A stretch of 20,741 nt of DNA. Source: Polyangiales bacterium. Its GTDB lineage: Bacteria; Myxococcota_A; Polyangia; Polyangiales; Polyangiaceae. Numbering within the stretch: the first letter of the stretch is position 1; every line of letters begins with the position of its first letter. Made by a program: the position numbers and the translations under genes. The notes below the pieces were generated by a model that had not been told where the DNA came from, did no database searches, and worked only from the letters and a program-made list of their open reading frames with translations. This document shows positions 9,083 to 18,217 of this stretch, one piece after another. The DNA is taken from contig JBBRNJ010000120.1 of NCBI GenBank assembly GCA_038230375.1, positions 1 through 20,741 on the forward strand, read 5' to 3'.

Positions 9083-9138
9083 CCCGCGCCCCGCTCCTAG
9101 AAGGAGCTTGTGACCGGTTTTAGAAGAGGAATCTCGTC

Positions 9139-9615
9139 ATGACAGCCGCGAAAATTGCCGCTCAGCGCACCTACTCCGCCACCAAGAACGACTGCGAGTC
9201 GAACCGCGCGTGGTGGGTTGTGGACGCCACCGACAAGCCGCTCGGCCGCATCGCGAGCGAGGTTGCTCACGTCCTTCGTGGCAAGCACAAGCCCACCTAC
9301 ACGCCGCACATGGACACGGGTGACTTCGTCATCATCGTGAACTCCGGCAAGGTGAAGCTCACCGGCAACAAGATGGACAAGAAGTTTTACTACCATCACT
9401 CGGCGATCCCCGGCGGCTTCAAGGCGGAGGCGTATCGCCACCTGCTCGACCGCAAGCCGGAGTTCCCGCTCGAGAAGGCCGTGAAGGGCATGCTCCCCAA
9501 GGGCGTCCTCGGCCGCGAGATGATCACCAAGCTCAAGGTCTACGCGACGCCGGATCATCCGCACGCCGCTCAGAAGCCGCAGCCGTTGAACGTCAAGGTC
9601 GCCAGGTCCGCCTGA
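9139..9615 (+). CDS. rplM: 50S ribosomal protein L13 (uL13)
   Basis: WWVVDA...LGRIAS...[23 protein letters not shown]...AVKGMLPK...LKVY...HPHAAQKP. Confidence 0.99.
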   Translation: MTAAKIAAQRTYSATKNDCESNRAWWVVDATDKPLGRIASEVAHVLRGKHKPTYTPHMDTGDFVIIVNSGKVKLTGNKMDKKFYYHHSAIPGGFKAEAYRHLLDRKPEFPLEKAVKGMLPKGVLGREMITKLKVYATPDHPHAAQKPQPLNVKVARSA

Positions 9616-9658
9616 GCGAACGCCACAAGCCAAGCAATAGAATCGGAAGAATCAGATA

Positions 9659-10057
9659 ATGGCCACCACTGACACCCGCACCTACGCAACCGGCAAGCGC
9701 AAGACCGCTATCGCCCGCATCTGGGTTGGTCCCGGCACCGGCGGCATGATCGTCAACGGCAAGCCCGCCGACGAATACTTCGAGCGCGAGACCTCGCGCA
9801 TGATCGCGCGCCAGTCGCTGAACCTGATCGAGCAGCTCGACCAGTTCGACGTCGTGGCCACGGTGCACGGCGGCGGTCACTCTGCACAGGCAGAGGCGAT
9901 GCGCCACGGCATCTCTCGCGCCATCTGCGTGATCGACCCGGAGAAGCGCACCGTGCTCAAGCGCGCGGGCTTCCTGACGCGCGACGCACGCAAGAAGGAG
10001 CGCAAGAAGTACGGTCAGCCGGGCGCCCGCAAGCGCTTCCAGTACTCCAAGCGCTAA
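9659..10057 (+). CDS. rpsI: 30S ribosomal protein S9 (uS9)
   Basis: YATGKRKTAIAR...GFLTRDARKKERKKYGQPGARKRFQYSKR; canonical position after rplM. Confidence 0.99.
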   Translation: MATTDTRTYATGKRKTAIARIWVGPGTGGMIVNGKPADEYFERETSRMIARQSLNLIEQLDQFDVVATVHGGGHSAQAEAMRHGISRAICVIDPEKRTVLKRAGFLTRDARKKERKKYGQPGARKRFQYSKR

Positions 10058-10058
10058 A

Positions 10059-10094
10059 ACCGCTTCTCGAGCCTTCTCGAGACCGCTTCTTGAA
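10059..10094 (+). repeat. Short imperfect direct repeat (CTTCTYGAR x3) right after the rpsI stop
   Basis: CTTCTCGAG at 10063-10071 and 10073-10081, CTTCTTGAA at 10086-10094. ACCGCTTCT occurs at 10059 and 10082. Confidence 0.55.
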
Positions 10095-10096
10095 CC

Positions 10097-10144
10097 CGCG
10101 CCGCGACGTGCCCACCTGGGGACGCTGCGGCGCGAGTCGTTTGT
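10097..10144 (+). terminator. Probable intrinsic terminator or stabilising hairpin of rplM-rpsI
   Basis: CGCGCCGC (10097-10104) pairs with GCGGCGCG (10127-10134), with inner CGT/ACG and CCC/GGG pairs. It is followed by a weak T-rich tail, AGTCGTTTGT. Confidence 0.55.
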
Positions 10145-10162
10145 ACGCACGCCAGACGAACC

Positions 10163-10210
10163 TGACGTTCCATCAACGTCATGGAGAAGCGCGCAGGGCT
10201 GTTCTAAGCT
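10163..10210 (+). promoter_or_regulatory. Palindrome TGACGTT-N5-AACGTCA abutting a candidate sigma70 promoter (TGGAGA-17-TAAGCT)
   Basis: Perfect 7-bp inverted repeat at 10163-10181; -35-like TGGAGA at 10182-10187; -10-like TAAGCT at 10205-10210; GTG start at 10221. Confidence 0.4.
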
Positions 10211-10220
10211 CGCGCGCGTC

Positions 10221-10598
10221 GTGAACGTTGCAGCGCGCATCCTCTTCGTCATCGTCGCCGTGGGCACCGTGTCCGTGGTGGTGTCGCGCGCGCGGTCCGC
10301 AACCGTGCCAGCTGTGCGCCATGCGGACGCGGAGGAGCGCAAGCGCCTTGCCGCGCGGGTCGCCCAGCATGAAGCGGAGTGGAACCAGAAGGCCGCAGAG
10401 GACTTCCCGCAGGACAGCTGGTCGCAGCGAGACGCGTTCCACAACCTGGAGTCGGGCTTCGTGAACGACGTGGCCAAGGGGGCAGGCGTGGGCATGGAGG
10501 ACGTCTTCCGTGGCGTCGACGAGGACCTCCACGAGCACCCGAGCAAGAACCGCAACGCAGACGTGGTGCCCTGCAAGCCACGTCCGGTCTTCGACTGA
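10221..10598 (+). CDS. Hypothetical protein with an N-terminal signal/membrane anchor, 125 aa
   Basis: GTG start, hydrophobic segment ILFVIVAVGTVSVVV, GC3-biased codons. Its stop is 1 nt before the next GTG. Confidence 0.75.
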   Translation: MNVAARILFVIVAVGTVSVVVSRARSATVPAVRHADAEERKRLAARVAQHEAEWNQKAAEDFPQDSWSQRDAFHNLESGFVNDVAKGAGVGMEDVFRGVDEDLHEHPSKNRNADVVPCKPRPVFD

Positions 10599-10599
10599 C

Positions 10600-12897
10600 G
10601 TGCTCTCCCGCTACGCCTCGCACCTGTCGTTTCGCCTCGCGGTGTTCGCGCTGCTCGCTGCCGCCCTGGTGTGGCCGATCCTGCCGGACGCCGCGCGCAT
10701 CAACGAGTTCCGCGACGTCCACCACCTCTTCCTCTACGAGAAGTCGGCGATCGACACGATCCGCCACTTCCACGAGCTGCCGCTCTGGAACCCGTACTAC
10801 TGCGGCGGCTTCGACGCGGTGGGCGCGCCGCAGACGCGCTTCGTGTCGCCCACGTTGCTCCTGGGTCTGTGGTTCGGCGCCGAACGCGCGGAGATCCTGA
10901 CGGTCTTCTTCTTCGTGATCATCGGCATGGAAGGCACCTACCGGTGGCTTCGCCTCCGCACACCCGACTCGGCCGCAGCGTTCCTGGTCGCGCCGATCTT
11001 CGCGCTCTCTGGACAGTTCGCAGTGGCGTATTTCCGCGGGTGGATCCAGTTCTACGGCTTCGAGCTCGCGCCGTGGATCCTCTATGGCATCACGCTCGCC
11101 GCGCGCCGCCGCGTCGCCGGTGTCGCCATCGCATCCATCGCGTTCGCGATCATGGTGGGGTTCGCAGGGCTCTTTGCCACGCCGTTGCTTGCCGTTGCCG
11201 GATTGATGGAAGGGCTCCGCTCGCTCTTCGCCCAGCCGCGAAACGAACGTCGCCGATCGCTCTTGATGCTCCTCGCGACCATGAGCTTCATGCTCACCAT
11301 CGCATTCGTGCGCCTCTGGCCCGTGGCGGAGACGATGCTCTCGGCGCCGCGCATCATGGCGGGCGCGCCGGGCCATCTTCCGCGCGCGCTGCTCGCGTCG
11401 CTTGCGGCGCAGCTCGTGCTGAAGGATGGCAACACGGATATCGACGGCAGCTTCTTTGTCGGCTCCGCGTTCCTGGTGATCGCCGGCCTTGGCGCGCAGA
11501 GCAAGAAGGGGCTCGGTGTACTTGCGCTCGTGTTCATATGCCTGTGGCTCGCGGCAGGCTACTCACCGATCGTCTCGGGCTTCGCGCTGCTCCGGCGCGT
11601 CCCCATGTTCTCCGCGGTGCGCTATCCGGAGCGCTTCTTGTGGCCAGCGATGCTCTTCGCAAGCGAGCTCGCCGCGTATGGCGTGAGCCGACTTCCACTG
11701 CAGGCGCCGAGCAAGCGGTGGCGGCAGGCGGCGCGCGTGATCCTCGCCGGCGCGCTCGCGTGGACCGTGTGGACAGAGCTGGACGCGTGGAAGCGCATCG
11801 AGACCGCGCGGACCACCGGCGTCGTGAGCAACGAGTTCAGCACCGACTTCCACCAGGCGCGCGGCAACCGCTGGCGCACGGTGCACTTCGAGTCGATCGG
11901 CCTTGGGTCACTCGGCTGCTACGAGACGCACCGTCTGGCGCAGTCCCGGCTGCTCCGCGGCGACCTACCGCAGGAGGAATACCTGGCGCCGAACGACGCG
12001 GCGGCCGGCACCGTGAAGCGCGTATCGTGGTCGCCGAATCACATCACGGTGCACACGAACCTCACGAAGCCCGCACGCGTCCTCGTGAACCAGAACTGGG
12101 CGCCAGGGTGGCAGAGCACGGTGGGGCAAGTGCAGAACCACGAGGGGCTGCTGGCCGTGGACGTCCCGGAGGGCGAGCACGACGTGACGCTCGGCTTCCG
12201 CGCGTGGTCCACCATGGGCGGTGCGGCGGTCACGCTCTCCGCGCTCCTCGGTCTCGGATTCCTGCTGGTCCGCGGGCGACACAAGGGGAAGCTCTTCGCG
12301 CCTGCGCATCGTGTCGGCACCGCGCTTGCGATCCTTGGTCCGTGGGTGATCGCGGGTGCGGCGTACGCGGCCTCGCCCGATCCCAAGTGGCCCGTCCCGG
12401 TCCAGAGCAACCCGAACGGCACGCCCGCGCTCGTCCCCGTCGCGGAAGAGGCGCTGGTGACCGCCCCGAAGATCGGCGCGACCTACGACGTCCCCATCGT
12501 GGTGGAAGCAGCATCCGTGGTGGGCCCCGACGCGCACAACAGCCTCGCGCTCGAACTCTATCTGCGGCGCACCGGCATGGTGGCGCGCTCCACCACCATG
12601 TTCGTTCACTTCGAGCGTCGCAAGGATCAAGGGCCCATCCCGAAGGAGAAGGAGGGCTTCCGCAACGCGGACCACCAGATCGTCGGCGGCAGCTTCTTCC
12701 TGTCCGACATGCCCGAGGGCAGGCTGGTGCACGACGCGTTCGGCACGCACCTGGGCAAGGGCGCGAGCGGCATCTGGGACGTGTGGGTCGCGTTCGGCCA
12801 CGTCTCGGGCAACAAGGGCCGCGAACGGCTGGTTTCGCCGGGAACCAGCATCGAGTCCGAGAAGCGCGTCCGCATCGGCACAGTAGTTTTGCCCTGA
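10600..12897 (+). CDS. YfhO-like multi-TM GT-C-fold glycosyltransferase with a C-terminal beta-sandwich domain, 765 aa
   Basis: GTG at 10600. TM1 is followed by an acidic loop (NEFRD) and LPLWNPYYCGG. About 10 or more TM segments, VRYPERF, and the periplasmic VLVNQNWAPGW motif, all typical of the YfhO family. Confidence 0.7.
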   Translation: MLSRYASHLSFRLAVFALLAAALVWPILPDAARINEFRDVHHLFLYEKSAIDTIRHFHELPLWNPYYCGGFDAVGAPQTRFVSPTLLLGLWFGAERAEILTVFFFVIIGMEGTYRWLRLRTPDSAAAFLVAPIFALSGQFAVAYFRGWIQFYGFELAPWILYGITLAARRRVAGVAIASIAFAIMVGFAGLFATPLLAVAGLMEGLRSLFAQPRNERRRSLLMLLATMSFMLTIAFVRLWPVAETMLSAPRIMAGAPGHLPRALLASLAAQLVLKDGNTDIDGSFFVGSAFLVIAGLGAQSKKGLGVLALVFICLWLAAGYSPIVSGFALLRRVPMFSAVRYPERFLWPAMLFASELAAYGVSRLPLQAPSKRWRQAARVILAGALAWTVWTELDAWKRIETARTTGVVSNEFSTDFHQARGNRWRTVHFESIGLGSLGCYETHRLAQSRLLRGDLPQEEYLAPNDAAAGTVKRVSWSPNHITVHTNLTKPARVLVNQNWAPGWQSTVGQVQNHEGLLAVDVPEGEHDVTLGFRAWSTMGGAAVTLSALLGLGFLLVRGRHKGKLFAPAHRVGTALAILGPWVIAGAAYAASPDPKWPVPVQSNPNGTPALVPVAEEALVTAPKIGATYDVPIVVEAASVVGPDAHNSLALELYLRRTGMVARSTTMFVHFERRKDQGPIPKEKEGFRNADHQIVGGSFFLSDMPEGRLVHDAFGTHLGKGASGIWDVWVAFGHVSGNKGRERLVSPGTSIESEKRVRIGTVVLP

Positions 12898-12945
12898 AAC
12901 CTGGGCTAGAACCGAAGGGCTTTCCTTTCCTGTTGGGCCCCACGC

Positions 12946-13935
12946 ATGAACGCGAAACGACGCTTCCTGTCCTTCTTCCTCGGCTCCGCGATGTCACTCG
13001 CGGCCGCGACGTTCACGTTGAATGCGCACGGCGGGATCGTGGAGAAGGTGGTCGCGGTCGTTGGTGAGCGTCCCATCCTTCTCTCTGAGCTGCGCCATCG
13101 CGCGCGCCCGTTCCTCTTCCGTATCCTGGTGACCACGCCCAACGGCGCGCAGCAGGCTGGCGCCGAGAGCGAGATGATGCGCGACCTGCTGAACCGCATG
13201 ATCGACGACCGGCTCGAGGAGCAGGCGGCGGACAAGGCGCGCCTCGTGGTCACCGCGGAGGAGATCGACAACGCGATCAAGAACGTCGCGAACCAGGCGC
13301 GCGTGCGCCCTTCCGACCTGATCGGTGAGGCGAAGCGCCAGGGCCTGACCGAGCAGGACTACCGCGACGAGATCCGCCGGCAGCTGCTCGAAGGCAAGCT
13401 GGTCCAGCTGCGCGTGCGCGGCCGCGTGCGCGTGACGGAGCAGGACGCCCGCGCTGCCTATGCGCACTGGGCAAAGGATATGCAGGAGCAGAACCCGGTG
13501 GAGCTGCGCATCCTCGCGCTGCGCCTTGGCGCTGGCGCCACGGACGAGCAGATCAAGGCGCGTGAGGCGCTCGCGCAGGACATCGTGATGAAGGTCCGCG
13601 GCGGCGAGGACTACTGCAAGATGATCATCGCGTACTCCGACGACAACCGCACGAAGGCCAACTGCGGCTCCGCGGGTGCGCAGCCCATGGCGAACCTGCT
13701 CGCGCCGCTTCAGGACTACGCGCACACGCTGAAGGAAGGCGAGGTCGGCGACCCGCTCCGCATCGGCCAGGACGCGATCCTGGTGGTGCAGATGGGGCCG
13801 CGCCCGCTCATCCCGCCCTACGAGCAGATCAAGGATCAGATGACGGAGCGCGCCTTCGGAGAGGCCATGGAACGCCAGCGAAAGCTCTGGCTCGACGAGC
13901 TCCGCCGCGGCGTGTTTCTGGAGGTTCGGTACTGA
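12946..13935 (+). CDS. SurA-like periplasmic chaperone (SurA N-domain plus a degenerate parvulin domain)
   Basis: Signal peptide; IVEKVVAVVGERPILLSEL; LLNRMIDDRLEEQAA; YRDEIRRQLL; parvulin-like GEDY..AYSDD..LKEGEVGDP; C-terminal WLDELRRGVFLEVR. Confidence 0.8.
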   Translation: MNAKRRFLSFFLGSAMSLAAATFTLNAHGGIVEKVVAVVGERPILLSELRHRARPFLFRILVTTPNGAQQAGAESEMMRDLLNRMIDDRLEEQAADKARLVVTAEEIDNAIKNVANQARVRPSDLIGEAKRQGLTEQDYRDEIRRQLLEGKLVQLRVRGRVRVTEQDARAAYAHWAKDMQEQNPVELRILALRLGAGATDEQIKAREALAQDIVMKVRGGEDYCKMIIAYSDDNRTKANCGSAGAQPMANLLAPLQDYAHTLKEGEVGDPLRIGQDAILVVQMGPRPLIPPYEQIKDQMTERAFGEAMERQRKLWLDELRRGVFLEVRY

Positions 13936-14004
13936 CGACCCGCTTGTGGGATGCGCGGAAACGGGCTCTCATGGATGCTGAGGGGCTGTTCGCTCGCTCA
14001 CCCC

Positions 14005-15348
<1,344 letters not shown>

Positions 15349-15372
15349 GAGCCAGCGTAGGACAAGCGCACC

Positions 15373-15421
15373 GCGACCTCCCGCGTCGCACCATGGCAGG
15401 CGTAGCGACCAGCCAGGTCGC
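15373..15421. promoter_or_regulatory. Tandem palindromic enhancer-like sites GCGAC-N7-GTCGC x2
   Basis: GCGACctcccgcGTCGC (15373-15389) and GCGACcagccagGTCGC (15405-15421). Both are followed by ACC, and they start 32 bp apart. Confidence 0.65.
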
Positions 15422-15452
15422 ACCCAGGCGACGATCGCAGCCAAAAACGAGA

Positions 15453-15468
15453 CGGAACAGCTCGTGCT
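15453..15468 (+). promoter_or_regulatory. Putative sigma54 (-24/-12) promoter of the kinase gene
   Basis: CGGAACAGCTCGTGCT has GG at 15454-55 and GC at 15466-67 with exactly 10 nt between. It resembles the consensus TGGCAC-N5-TTGCW. Confidence 0.6.
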
Positions 15469-15480
15469 TCCTCTGCGTGA

Positions 15481-16530
15481 GTGACAACGAGCATGTACCA
15501 AGGCCAATTCCTGGACGACCGGTTCGAGCTCAAGGCCTGCGTGGGCGAGGGGGGCTCGGGAACGGTATGGCTCGCTCGCGATCATCGCTTGGGGATCTCG
15601 GTTGCGGTGAAGATCCTGCGGTCTGCTCTGCGCGGCGACACGGACCGACGCGCCGAGTTCGGGCGCGAGAGCGAGCTGTGCGCGCGGATGATGAGCCCTC
15701 ACATCGTGCGCGTGCTCTCGCGCGGAGTGGACGCGAACGACAGACCATTCATCGTCTACGAGCTGCTCGAAGGAGAGACACTCGACCAGCGCATCCTGCG
15801 CGACGGACCCCTCTCGCTCGAGGAGACCGAGACCGTCGTGATTCACGTGGCGCGCGCTCTCACCCGCGCGCACTCCATGTCCATTCTTCACAAGGACATC
15901 AAGCCCGGAAACGTGTTCCTCACGAAGGACGACCAGGGCCGGCTGCTCGTGAAGGTCCTCGATTTTGGCATCGCTGAGGTGTCGGACGGTCGCAGCGGTG
16001 CACGTGATGCCATCTGCGGCACGCTGGAGTACATGCCTCGCGAGGTGCTGGTGTCGGGCATGCCTGCGAGCGAGCGCGGCGATCTCTACGCGCTGACCGC
16101 AGTGGCGTACGAGTGCTTGACCGGCGTCGCGCCCTTCACCGGAGAGAGCATCGTGGAGGTGGTGATGAAGATGGAGGTCCCGCCGCCGTCGCTGCAGGCG
16201 ACCTTCCCGGCCGCGGCGGCGGCGCCGCTCGATGCGTGGCTGCGACGGGGTCTGGCGCCGATACCGGGACATCGCTTTGCCTTCGCGCGCGAGCTCACGG
16301 AGGCGCTCCAGCTGGCGGTCAAGCAGGCGAAGAAGGCGCTCGGCGTGCAATCTCCGGAGCGTCGCTCGAGCGGTGCGACGCGCCTGGCCGCACCCCGCGT
16401 TCCGTCGTTTACGGAGGAAGCGTCGAGCGCCGACGACCTGGCGCTGAACGAGTCCGCGATCATGAAGAGCGTGCCGACAGTACAGATCGCGCCCGTACGT
16501 CCCACGATCAAGCTCTCGCGCAAGCGCTGA
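15481..16530 (+). CDS. Cytoplasmic Hanks-type Ser/Thr protein kinase (non-RD)
   Basis: GEGGSG, VAVK, HKDIKPGN, VKVLDFG, GTLEYMPRE, DLYAL, LTGVAPF. No TM segment. Start is GTG 15481 or ATG 15493. Confidence 0.92.
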   Translation: MTTSMYQGQFLDDRFELKACVGEGGSGTVWLARDHRLGISVAVKILRSALRGDTDRRAEFGRESELCARMMSPHIVRVLSRGVDANDRPFIVYELLEGETLDQRILRDGPLSLEETETVVIHVARALTRAHSMSILHKDIKPGNVFLTKDDQGRLLVKVLDFGIAEVSDGRSGARDAICGTLEYMPREVLVSGMPASERGDLYALTAVAYECLTGVAPFTGESIVEVVMKMEVPPPSLQATFPAAAAAPLDAWLRRGLAPIPGHRFAFARELTEALQLAVKQAKKALGVQSPERRSSGATRLAAPRVPSFTEEASSADDLALNESAIMKSVPTVQIAPVRPTIKLSRKR

Positions 16531-16557
16531 CAGCCCAAAGCTTCGAGACCCGCGCGG

Positions 16558-17571
16558 CTACTTCTTTCGGCGGCGGTTGTGGGCCAGCACCAGGTGCGTG
16601 TAGTCCGGCGTGACCTGCTGCGCCTCTTGTGGCTTTGCGCGCGCGGCCTCCTTCGGCAGCTCGCGGACCAGCTCCTTCAATTCGGCCTCGGCGAAGACGT
16701 GCTCGCGCGAGACCCACTCCTCGAACGCGGCGGCGATCTCGTCGACCCCCGTGCCCCGCAGGTGCCCACGACGGATGAGATCGGCGTAGCTCCGCACCAG
16801 GCGCTGCCCATCGAAGCGGTGCTCGGTGACGAGCTCGAGCGCCACGCGAAGCACCGCCTCTGCAGGCAAGCGCCGGTCCTCGAAGACGATGAATGCAGCC
16901 TGCAGGTAATTGTAGAACGGCACCACGCGCGGGCCGTAGATGCGAAAATCGTCCGGTGGCGTCTGTCCCTCCAGGTGGATGAGAATGCGCTCCACCACGT
17001 TGGACGGCACGATGCGCCGCACCGCTTGCACCAGCTCCTCCGCGACGTCCTCGTACATGCGTCCATTCACGCAGACGACGGACAGCTCGTCCGGGCCCAC
17101 CGCGCCGGACATGAGGTCGCCGTAGAGCGAGTACACGAATGCGTCGGCCTCCGCGTCGTCGCCGAAGAGCGTCTCCTTGGCGTCGGCAAGTGAAGAGTCG
17201 CGCGGGCGCTGACGCGAGAGAACCAGCGCCGGCAGCTTGTAGCCCAGCTGGTCCTTCATCGCGCGGAAGCGCAGCTTGAGCATGTTGCGCAGGTTCGGCT
17301 TCAGCGTGAAGCTGTCCCACGCAATGCCGTCCAGGCGAAGCTTGTCCTCGAGTCGGCGACGCATCTGCTCTGGCGAACCGGAGAGAATGTGCACCGCGAC
17401 GTTCGCACGCCGCATCTCCCGCAAGAGGGAGGCCGCGCCAGGGTTCGTGCGCTTCTCGTCCGCGCGCTCGAGCGCGGTCTTCACGAGGTCGCGCATCGTG
17501 TCGAACTCCGTGCGCAGGTAGGTCTTGTCCAGATCCCACCGCGCGATGTGGCGCTCCGGGCGCGGCGGCAT
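16558..17571 (-). CDS. HAD-superfamily phosphatase, App1/phosphatidate-phosphatase-like, 337 aa
   Basis: Motif I WDLDKT, motif II ILSGS, a motif III Lys candidate (LKP or GYK), motif IV FGDDAEAD. ATG 17571 lies 1 nt after the upstream stop. Confidence 0.7.
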   Translation of the reverse strand: MPPRPERHIARWDLDKTYLRTEFDTMRDLVKTALERADEKRTNPGAASLLREMRRANVAVHILSGSPEQMRRRLEDKLRLDGIAWDSFTLKPNLRNMLKLRFRAMKDQLGYKLPALVLSRQRPRDSSLADAKETLFGDDAEADAFVYSLYGDLMSGAVGPDELSVVCVNGRMYEDVAEELVQAVRRIVPSNVVERILIHLEGQTPPDDFRIYGPRVVPFYNYLQAAFIVFEDRRLPAEAVLRVALELVTEHRFDGQRLVRSYADLIRRGHLRGTGVDEIAAAFEEWVSREHVFAEAELKELVRELPKEAARAKPQEAQQVTPDYTHLVLAHNRRRKK

Positions 17572-17572
17572 G

Positions 17573-18217
17573 TCAGTGCGCTCCGCCGTCGCCGTCGGAC
17601 GGTGGTACGGACACCGTGGGAGGAAGCGCTGATGCAGAGAGCAGTGCGGCGACGCCCGCATCATCGATCGCCTGCATGAGCGCAGCCGTCGTCTCGGGGC
17701 TCGTGATGATCGGCTGCCCCTTGGCGTCGAACACGCGATCGCACGTGCGGTTGGGATCGCCCTGCTTCGCCACGGCCACGCGGAACGGAGCAGATGGGTG
17801 TGCGATGCGAACGTAGACCTGGGCGAGCGCCTGGCATTCAGGTGGCGCCTTCGCCAGGCCGACCTGGCAGGTCACAAGGGTCTTCTCGGGACCGCGACGC
17901 GTCTTGCCCCCATCCGTGACCGTGCTGATCGGCGAGAGCCCTGCCAGCTTGTCCGCATCCAGGACCAGCGCCTGCAAGCAGCCGCCTTCCTTGGCGACGT
18001 CGTCCGCACCTGGCGCCGACTGCGCCTCCTGGACCAGCGTCGCGACCTCGGTGAAGCCGCGCGTGAGCTGCTGTCCTTCGTCTGTCGAGAACGCGCGAAC
18101 CAGCGACACCACGAACATGATGGCGCCCATGGCACCGACCGCCGCAAACATGAGCAGCACGGTGCCGCAGCCAGCTACGCCCTTCTTCTTGCCGACGGGT
18201 CGTGCGGACTCCGTCAC
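17573..18217 (-). CDS. Hypothetical single-pass membrane protein with 4 Cys in the soluble domain, 214 aa
   Basis: GTG at 18217 overlaps the GNAT stop (GTGA). Basic N-terminus (GKKK) precedes the TM segment GTVLLMFAAVGAMGAIMFVVSLV. Confidence 0.75.
   Translation of the reverse strand: MTESARPVGKKKGVAGCGTVLLMFAAVGAMGAIMFVVSLVRAFSTDEGQQLTRGFTEVATLVQEAQSAPGADDVAKEGGCLQALVLDADKLAGLSPISTVTDGGKTRRGPEKTLVTCQVGLAKAPPECQALAQVYVRIAHPSAPFRVAVAKQGDPNRTCDRVFDAKGQPIITSPETTAALMQAIDDAGVAALLSASALPPTVSVPPSDGDGGAH

Noticed and set aside
10059..10094. Short repeats as a possible CRISPR remnant
   Set aside because: Units are about 9-10 bp with no spacers, and no cas genes are present in the window.
10671..13067. 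798-aa same-strand alternative-frame ORF over the YfhO-like gene
   Set aside because: Arg/Ala/Gly/Pro-rich low-information translation typical of off-frame reading at high GC; the other frame carries the family motifs.
15393..15407. TGGCAG as a sigma54 -24 element
   Set aside because: No GC at the required GG-N10-GC spacing; the site at 15453-15468 fits.
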